DNA of 64,000 nt. Source: Bugula neritina. Lineage: Eukaryota; Animalia; Bryozoa. The DNA is taken from positions 992,001 to 1,056,000 of the forward strand of contig OZ037769.1 in assembly GCA_964035545.1 (NCBI GenBank), read 5' to 3'. Under the pieces are notes generated by a model. It made no database searches. It was not told the origin of the DNA and saw only the letters and a program-made list of their open reading frames with translations. This document shows positions 37,977 through 48,300 of the stretch, piece by piece; positions within the stretch are counted from its first letter, which is position 1; the number at the start of each line of letters is the position of its first letter. Both the position numbers and the translations under genes were made by a program.

Positions 37977-40900
37977 TTACTGATTTAAAAACTCATAGTC
38001 TAAATGATTTAACTGAGTGAAATATCTAGAAACTTCTCCTTCAGTAACATCCTCTAAGTTGCTAGGCGACCATTGAGGTTTACCAGTCTTTTCAACAAGC
38101 AAAGCTTCAACACCCTTACAGAAATCAGTGGCGGGGAGAGCAATCATATGTCCACCGAGTGTTAACTCCAAGGAGAGTGAGTCATAAAGGTTGAGTCTTC
38201 TAGTCTGTCTGAAGAGACGGTGGGTTAGCTTCAGTGCAAACGGAGACTGAGAAAGGAAAACAGAAAACATTTAGCTACTTAGTAATTCAGCTCACAAGCA
38301 TAGCGGCAAGGCTTTACAAGACTTGGTTTATATAAATAAAACTTCAAAAAACATGAAGCCATTTAAAATATTAATAGTTTAGTTTTAAGAATTTTGTTAG
38401 ACAGCTGGCGGATTTTTTGGGACAGGTCGGTCGCAAAAAGCCGTTTAGCAATGTTGCAATTTAAACTGGTTCAGTCAGTGGAATATCAGAGTTTCACATA
38501 TATTTCTAGATTTTTCCTAGAAAGATCAATAACATGATATGCTACACCATAGACATCTAGACATTATACATAATAGTAGCAGCATATGAAATATAGACTT
38601 AGACATCTAGCAAAGATATACACATTACTCCATAATATAGCAAAGCTGAAAGCATCTCAACAGCTGAACTATCACACACAAAACTCACGCTGCTAAGTAA
38701 CAGCTTTAGACTGTGTTTTGCCCAGTCTGATTCCTCCAGCCTCAGCTCTCTTACAATATCTTCCACCCGCTCCTTACTGAATATCCTGTTGATTGTAGGT
38801 ATGTTGGAACACAAGCTAGATGTAGCCCCGGAGTAACACTACAGAACAAACTTATGCTGATGCGAATTTTGCAACAGTTTCCTCAAGTAAGAAAAACAAG
38901 CTACTGGGCAGAAGTCATGCTATGTTGAGATACTTGGAGTTATCACCTCAACATAACTGCACATTTTGGGTAGATGACTCCATAAAAGCAGCTAAACCAT
39001 GTTTATTGGCACATTGATTATGACATTAAGTTAATGTTGAAATGAATTACATGGTCAAAAATCTCTTGTAAATAAAGACATGTCCTCTTCTAAAAAGCAT
39101 AGAAAAGCCACTCTGATATCACTATTTGTTGATTTATGTTTTAGTGTTGAGTTGTTTCAATGAGACAGCTAATAGCGGAGGTGACTGACCTTGCTGTGAT
39201 ATAGGTCAAGTATTTCTGAGACTGTATCATCAGTTGGTTGGCTAAGAGAAATCAGGTCACTTGCAAGTCTGTCCAGCTGTGAATAACAATACATGTGTCG
39301 ATATTCAACTAGACTTCTATATGCACCATGCTTATAACTATATATAATATTTACACTATGCTTGTAGGTATATATGTACACTCTATGCTTATAGATGGCT
39401 AACACCTACATTTCATGAACAAGGTATAAATGCCTGTGATACTACGTTATAGTAGCTCTACGTATCACTTACAGCGCCATCTTTGTGAGTAACGTGGTGG
39501 GTAGACAACCCTATATTGTAGATGTCCTCGCCTCTAATCTGATCTCCAGTTAGCCCTAGGTACATGCCCACATTCCCAGGCAATTGGGACAGGAAGTAAG
39601 ATCCTCCGTTATCCGGGAAGAACCCTACACCACATAAGTATACAAACACCACATCAACTTATTACTAACACAAAGTAACTGAGCAGCCGTAACATAAACT
39701 AGGATCTGAACTTACCGATGATGGTTTCCGGCATGGCCATGGTAGTGCGCTCAGTGGTGACGGTGTATTTACTGTTTACAGCTGTCCCACACCCCTACAA
39801 GGTTGAGTAAAGGCATATTTTAAAAAGAGGCTGAAGTTCCAACATTTGTAAGTTGCTAGTTTGAAATGAACATGAGGAGATCAATAACACGAGAAATACA
39901 ACTCTTCCTGTCTTACCAGCCAATGAGATGAAAGGTACAATACTTACCCCACCCATGCAGTAGCCATCAGCCAATGAGATGAAAGGTACAATACTTACCC
40001 CGCCCTTGCAGTAGCCATCAGCCAATGAGATGAAAGGTACAATACTTACCCCACCCATGCAGTAGCCATCAGCCAATGAGATGACAGGCACATTGTAAGT
40101 ATTAATTGTATACTGAGTTCTGTATTCATTCTTCAAAAACTGGAAGGCGCTTGAGCCACCAGTTCTGGAATCTTCTTCGACCAAACTGACTAGTCCTGCA
40201 TGTATCATATGCACAGAATAATAATTATCTGTTATTTTTATATCATGACGACACAGTAACTACACAGTAACTCTACAGTAACTATACAGTGACTATACAG
40301 TGACTATATAGTAACTATACAGTAACTACACAGTAACTCTACAGTGACTATACAGTGACTATACAGTAACTACACACTACACTAACAAATCTACTAATAA
40401 ACTAGTCACTAAGGACTTATTCCTAATAGCATTCTGCTCCTTTTATATTACTAGAAAGTGACAGTTAGCATAACATTTTGCACACTAAATACATCATGGA
40501 TGGAAAAGGGTAACAGTGTTCAATAAAGACTCTAAATAGGACTACACAGATTATACTTGCCACATGATGTGTGCTTACAACGTATAAAACAATATGTTGG
40601 GCAACATCAGGAAATCGTAAGCTACATTAGGTCATTGTATAGCTTAATTAATGTATGCCATCTAGTTAATAGTTAATACCTTTAACATCACCTCCAGCAG
40701 AGAATGCTTTGCCACCAGCACCTTTAATTATCACCAAAGAGACTGAATTTTCTTGCTGCCAGACCTGAAAGTCCCACCAGATCTTTTACAAAGCCAATAG
40801 TTGACCAAATTTATTCGATGAGGATCAGCACAATATTAAACAAAAATTTTCCATAACAGTTGATAAATAAACCAACACGATTACTAGAATGTTTGCATAG

Positions 40901-41337
40901 GTTCAGATGAGTGCAGCTGCAAAACTCTACTACCTTCAACTGTTTGTACATTCTCAATGTCACATTTCCATTGATAGAGTTGAGAGCATGGGGTCTGTTG
41001 ATTGTTAGGATGCCTTTCCCATTGATCTCTTCACATAGTAACTCATGAGCCCCATCTGCCGAGGTACACAGTCTAAGTTTAGTCTAAAACAATAATATAA
41101 ATATTGAAGAGTTTACACAAAAACCTCCTTTTGATTGACAAATTTCTATTTGTACATATTGTACAGAATATTATATAAGTTTCAGCATTTTGAAAACAAA
41201 AAAAGACAAACAACTATTTAAATGGCTCGTTTATAGAATTGATATTTCATATTTATTTTTTTAGGAGAAAAAAATAAAATTACCAAATGAGAGTGAAGAT
41301 GTCGTAATCTTCCAATAGCAGCAGTTGCACTATTCAT
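37977..41337 (-). CDS. HIBCH: 3-hydroxyisobutyryl-CoA hydrolase, mitochondrial (crotonase fold), ~9 exons
   Basis: Transit-peptide-like MNSATAAIGRLRHLHSHL; LTINRPHALNS, GAGGKAFSAGGD, DGYCMGGG, AMPETIIGFFPDNGGSYFL and DFCKGVEALLVEKTGKPQWSP. Confidence 0.93.
39918..40085 (-). repeat. 51-bp repeat giving three in-frame GGG|GTAAGT donors in HIBCH
   Basis: Donors at 40049, 39998 and 39947; translation (ISLADGYCMGGVSIVPF) x3. Confidence 0.95.
40250..40385. repeat. 11-bp satellite (TACAGTAACTA-type) in a HIBCH intron
   Basis: Direct tandem array. Confidence 0.92.
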
Positions 41338-42399
41338 GCTAGGTGCCCCTCTCAATCCACAAGTACAGGGATATTAGGACTGACAGTTGATGATCAACTC
41401 TATATTACTTCGTGTCTCGTATCTAAAGCAAGGATTCAATGGCTTTAAATTAAAAAAAACCAGAGCAATGACTATGAGAAAACAATTTGTCACACACGAA
41501 ACTTTAGTAATATTCCTTTACCTTTACTGTTTAGTATTACATTTACTTATTAGTTAGTACAATTAATTATTCATTACTTTTTCATAATTAAATTAGACTG
41601 AGTAAAAGCAACTCACTAACTCTTACACAGCAAACTGGATTAACTTAAACTTAATCATATTCATAATCAGTATCACTGACAATGACACTAACTCTAAAGT
41701 CTAAGGCTAACAGCAGGTAACGTAAGGATAAGAGTTGAAGTAGAACTGATTAATAGCTAGCCAAGACTAAGAAAAAATGCTAGTATCATACTTATAGTCA
41801 TACTGATATTCATAGTCGTTGTCACTTGGACTTTTAGTGTCACTTGTACTTTCACTTTAAGTTTAAGTTTGTAATTCAGATTGAGATTGTGAAAAGTCTT
41901 GAGACAAATTTCAAATGTGCCTGTTCAGCTTTACAGTAACTACTGTCCATTCAACATAAATTAAACCGTGTAGTAAAAACTTTAAACATCAAAATTAACA
42001 TTTAAACTACGTGAAAAAAAATAAATAGAAATAAATACTTAATTATAGGAGGAGCGATAATAAAGTGATCTTTAACTTGAAGACCTAAAAACAGTGGAAC
42101 TTTGATACATGCAGTTTTAATTGGCTCACTGCATTTAAACCCGCTAAAAGTATTTAAATCTGATTTACGTGACACTGCTTATAACACCGGTAATAACCTG
42201 AGCTGTTGCGATGCTTATTACGGCTTGGTTAATTACGATGAAGTAAATAACCTCCACTCCAACTTTTTATCGCTTTGGAACTATTCATTTTGATCTTGTA
42301 AGACATTTCCCATTGTAGTTGCACCTGCTTATTTCAATTGAAAATAAATTAATTTAACAAGTTTGCGCGTAGTGTTGGTGCTACCTAAACTTTGCCACT

Positions 42400-45300
42400 A
42401 TGGCAAACATGTCTTTCCAAATTGCAAATTTACTAGAAAAGATGTTGTCCACTGACAAGGATTTTAGATTTATGGCAACGAATGATTTGATGACAGAATT
42501 ACAGGTGAGTTGAAATTCATTTCAAACTTGAAAGTTGAAGTAAAAATAAAATTATAAGCGTAAAGTATAACTATCAAGTGAAACTCAAAGTGAAAAAAGG
42601 TCAATTGCCATCGGATTGTAAATAATGAATATGCATTAATTATTAAATTTAATGTATTACATTTACTATTACTATTAGTATATGCGTTTGTAATGTACTC
42701 CTTTGAACTGACTTTAAAAACATTTCTATCATAGCTATGCCTATGGCTATAAGCTAATTTAATGTTATTATAATATAAACTCTATGCTTTGCAGAAAGAT
42801 TCTATCAAGTTGGATGATGATAGTGAAAAGAAAGTTGTAAAAATGCTGTTAAGATTGTTGGAAGATCAAAATGGTGAAGTACAGAACCTTGCTGTCAAAT
42901 GCCTGGGACCTCTTGTAGCAAAGGTTTTTACTTGATTTTAAACTTTATTTTATTAGAAATTTTTCTTTACTTTCAATGTTTGCATACATTTTTTCACTGT
43001 TTTTAAAATCGGTATTGCATTCTGCATCAACAGTCTCAACATGCTCAACCAGCTTATGGTGTACATTTAGTTCTACTTATGTGTATACAAACTTGGCAAA
43101 CAGTTGGGTTTACAAGCCATTGCTGCAAGATTTTCTAGTTTTGTATTTGCAATAGATTGGTCCAATAGTCTTTTATTTTGCTGTTGATTATGCAGCTCTA
43201 CCTGTTTACCAGTTTTAGTACTTTATGTAGCTAAAGGGACATTTTGTATTTCGCTGACTTGTCTAAAGTTGCATCATGCGTATTGATTTCCAAATAAAAT
43301 GCCCTGCCCTCTATATTTAGGTAAAAGAGGTGCAGGTGGAGACAATTGTGGACACGCTATGCACTAATATGATGTCAGACAAGGAGCAACTCCGAGATAT
43401 ATCCAGTATCGGACTGAAAACTGTCATTGTGGAGTTACCTCCCTCTGCCACTACTCTGGCGGCCGGGATTTCCAGGAGAATAACCGGTCGACTCACTAAT
43501 GCTGTAGCTAAGCAGGTAAATTGTGTGCTGAGCAGGTAAACTCTGTGCTGAACAGGTAAACTGTATACTAAACGTACCTGAATACATAGCTACTAAAGTC
43601 ACTGATAGTGTGCCGCTGCTGCCGCTAGTTAGAAAGGCAGCATGCTGACACATATTAGTAAAGCACACTCTGCTACGTTGCAGGAAGATGTGTCGGTGCA
43701 ACTCGAAGCTCTAGACATCCTTGCTGACTTGCTGAGTAGATTTGGCACTCTATTGGTCAGTTTTCACCAGGCTATACAGACCTCCCTTCTCCCACAGCTC
43801 GTGTCAAAGGTTACTCTCTCATTCTCTTTGGTTATTCCTATGGAATGGCTTAGAAGTGATCTATGCTTGTAACCCTACCATGATCTCTGATGTCACATTA
43901 AATGATCTCTATTATTACATGAAAGTTGAACTTTTCTGTGTGATTCACCGTTCATTCAACCTCAACTATACACTTATTATTGGATAAAGGTCTACTCTGC
44001 AGGAAGTGATGTCACAAGGTTAGTTTCACGTATGATTACAGAGACTAGCGGTGAGGAAGAGAAGTATCATGGCTATTGGTTACCTCGTGTCCTGCTGTAA
44101 TAGTGTGCTGTTTGAAGATATCATGCATTACCTGCTCAAAGGTTTAGATGGAAATAAAGACACTACCAGAACCTATATACAGGTAGTCTAGCTATTCTTA
44201 CCTGTATATTACAGTGTATTACTATATATTCTAGTGTATTACTATATATTCCAGTGTATTACTATAATATATTCCAGTGTATTACTATATATTCCAGTGT
44301 ATTACTATATATTCCAGTATATATTCTAGTGTATAGGGTGTATTAGTCGTCAAGCTGGTCACAGAATAGGTCCTTTCCTCAACGAATTCATCCCACAAAT
44401 CATGAAGTTCTGTAACGTGGATGATGACGACGAGTTGAGGGAATACTGCATCCAGGCATTTGAGTCTTTTATCCTGAAGTCCCCAAAGGAGATCACAGAC
44501 TACGTGGGAAAGGTAGTTCATACGTTCTCAGTTCACCTGCTAGCATAGCCAGCTGCTGGAATATGTCTTCATAAGATGTTGTGTATCTCTGTGTTAGAAG
44601 TTGATACTTTGTGTCGTGTAAGCTGAGTGAAAGTGAAACCTTGTGCTGCAGATTCTCTCCCTCTGCCTCAAGTATCTGTCGTATGACCCGAACTACAACT
44701 ACGATGGAGACGACGAGGAGATGGAAGGGATGGACGTGGACGAGGACGACGACGACGACGACGTGGACGATGACTACAGGTCAGTCACTTCTCTGCAGTC
44801 ACTTCTCTGCAGTCACTTCTCTGCAGTCACTTCTCTGCAGTCACTTCTCTGCAGTCCCTTCTCTGCAGTCACTTCTCTGCAGTCACTTCTCTGCAGTCAC
44901 TTCTCTGCAGTCACTTCTCTGCAGTCACTTTTCTGTTGTGTCTTCTGCACTCTGCAGTGTTTTCTGCAGTCTCTTCTGCAGTCTCTAATCTGCACTCTGC
45001 GGTGTTTCTTCTGCAGTGATGATGATGACATCAGTTGGAAGGTGAGAAGAGCTGCTGCCAAGTGCTTGAATGCTGTCGTCACGACGAGACATCACATGCT
45101 GACACAGTTATATACCGAGTAAGTTACAGTTGTATACAGAGTAGAGTATACCGAGTAGAGTATACAGAGTAGAGTATACAGAGTAGTGTATACAGAGTAG
45201 AGTATACAGAGTAGAGTATACAGAGTAGAGTATACAGAGTAGAGTATACAGAGTAGAGTATACAGAGTAGAGTATACAGAGTAGAGTATACAGAGTAGAG

Positions 45301-48300
45301 TATACAGAGTAGAGTATACAGAGTAGAATATACAGAGTATACAGAGTAGAGTATACAGAGTAGAGTATACAGAGTAGAGTATACAGAGAGTATACAGAGT
45401 AGAGTATACAGAGTAGAGTATACAGAGTAGAGTATACAGAGTAGAGTATACAGAGTAGAGTATATAGAGTAGAATATACAGAGTAGAGTATACAGAGTAG
45501 AGTATACAGAGTAGAGTATACAGAGTAGAGTATACAGAGTAGAATATACAGAGTATACAGAGTAGAGTATACAGAGTAGAGTATACAGAGTAGAGTATAC
45601 AGAGTAGAGTATACAGAGTAGAGTATACAGAGTAGAGTATACAGAGTAGAATATACAGAGCAGAATATACAGAGCAGAGTATATTTGTTTAGTGTGTCAC
45701 CAATTCTGATCTCCCGATTCAAAGAGCGGGAGGAGAACGTAAAGTCAGACATATTCCAAGTCTACATCTCCCTGCTACGGCAGACTAAACACATAGCCTC
45801 AGCTCTCCCGGACCACAAGTCAGTGAGTGAGGGGCACCCAGTTGCCCGTCTCCGTAGTCAGGTGCCGGCTATTGTTAAGAGTGTTACTAGACAGCTACGG
45901 GAGAAGAGCTTCAAAACTAGACAGGTGAGAGCGGTAGCTATCTTACCTGTAGACAGTTAACCTGTAGACAGTTCATCTGTAGACAGTTCACCTGTAGACT
46001 CATTACCTGTAGACATATTACCTGTAGACACGTTACCTGTAGACACGTTACCTATAGGCATACTTGTAGACACATTACCTGTAGGCATACCTGTAGACAA
46101 AGTGCCTGTAGTACCTGTGTAAACTATACAGTATGTTTACCAAACCTGCATACATACAAACACCTGGTGCTCAGCTGTCCCGTAATTTATCGGCAGCTGA
46201 TCTTGTGTTTCAGTCGTGTTTCTCGCTGTTGGCGGAACTTACGGTCGTTCTATCGGGATGTCTGTCTGACCACGTGTCGAGCATAATACCCGGAGTTATC
46301 TATTCTCTCACCGACAAGAATTCCAACTCCACAATGAAGATAGACACTCTCTCCTTCCTCAATATCCTCATACCTAACCAGCCTGGACAGGTGTTTCACC
46401 AGCACCTGGGGGTACGTCTCTAGTATAGTATAGTATAATACCTAACCAACCTGGACAGGTGTTCCACCAGCACCTGGGGGTACGTCTGTAGTATAGTATA
46501 TAGTATAGTATATAGTACAGTATATAGTATAGTGTAGTAGACAGTATATAGTATATAGTATTGTGTAGTAATACCAGAGTGTATATAGTATATTATAATA
46601 TAGTATAATATGGTATAATACAATATAGTATAATATAATATAGTAATATATATACCCACAGGTTCTCATCCCGGCTGTAGTAGCTGCAGTAAAGGACAGT
46701 TTCTATAAGATAGTATCAGAAGCTCTACTCGTGTCCCAACAGCTGGTGCAGGTCAGTTTTATTCTATTCTTTCTCTTCTCTTTCGTCACTCAATGTTGTA
46801 TCCATGTACCACTATTAGTAACATCATCATTAGCCTGAGGTCTTACTACAGGTGTTGAGGCCTCTGGAGCCCCTCCAACCCCTCAGCCCCGAGTTCTTGC
46901 CCTACGTCAAGCAGCTGTATGAATGCACTCTGATTAGACTGAGAGCCGCAGACATTGACCAGGAAGTGAAGGAGAGAGCCATTTCCTGTATGGGACGTCT
47001 GCTGTGTAACGTGGGCGACGCCCTCTCCACCGAGTTGCCGGTGAGACTCCCGTCTTCTGCAGTGTTTCTTCTCGTCTCGTCTGTTTGAGCTCGTATTTCT
47101 AGTGAACTCGTTTCTCTTGCAGGTGTGTCTCCCGATATTCATAGACCGGCTGAGAAATGAGATAACTAGACTCACTGTTGTTAAAGCTCTCACGCTAGCA
47201 GCTTCCTCTCCACTCAAGGTTTGTATAATACATTCCCACAATGCACTACTAGATTCCCACAATGCACTACAAGATACCCAGAATGCACTACTGTGTACCC
47301 ACAATGCACTACTGTGTACCCACAATGCACTACTAGATACCCACAATGCACTACTGTGTACCCACAATGCACTACTGTGTACCCACAATGCACTACTAGA
47401 TACCCACAATGCACTACTAGATACCCACAATGCACTACTGTGTACCCACAATGCACTACTAGATACCCACAATGCACTACTGTGTACCCACAATGCACTA
47501 CTATGTACCCACAATGCACTACTGTGTACCCACAATGCACTACTAGATACCCACAATGCACTACTTCCTGCTCACGCTGTTATTTCTCTGCTCAGGTGGA
47601 GTTGTCATCTTACCTCACTGAAGCTGTGCCTATATTAGCCTCATTCCTGCGCAAGAACAACCGTGCCCTCAAGCTGGCCACCCTCAAGTGTCTAGACGTG
47701 CTGGTGTGGAACTACTCTTCTATCATCACTCTCGGCATGGTGAGTTGTTCCCCCTTCACAGCTTCTACTCTGTTGAGCATAAATCTTCATAAACATGTCT
47801 TACCGGGTTTGTCTCCTCCTCTCAGGTGTCTCAGGTCCTACAGGAGTGCGGCCCTCTGATCAGCGAGTCCGACCTTCACATCTCTCAGCTGACCTTGACC
47901 CTTCTGACCTCACTCTGCAAGGTACACCCGTCGGCCATGACGGGAGTCAAGGGGGACATCATGGCTCAGCTCTTCCTGCTGGTGAGACAACTTCGACTAC
48001 AATAAACACTAACTAGTAGTAAATATCTGATACCTTGCTGACACATCTGATACATTACTGACACATTGTGTGTGTAGATGAAGTCACCTCTCCTCCAAGG
48101 AGCTGTTCTACAGAGTATGCTGGAGTTCTTCTACTGCCTCTCTGCCTCCAACACTCCCGGTCTAGCCTTTGCTGACCTCATGACCTTGCTTACCCAGCCC
48201 ATACATGAGTCGGCCACCCCAACCACCTCGCCTCTGCCTTCTGGGACACAGGCTACCAGCGCCAGCAGACCCCCCTTGCACAAGCAGGTGAGTCTTCTCC

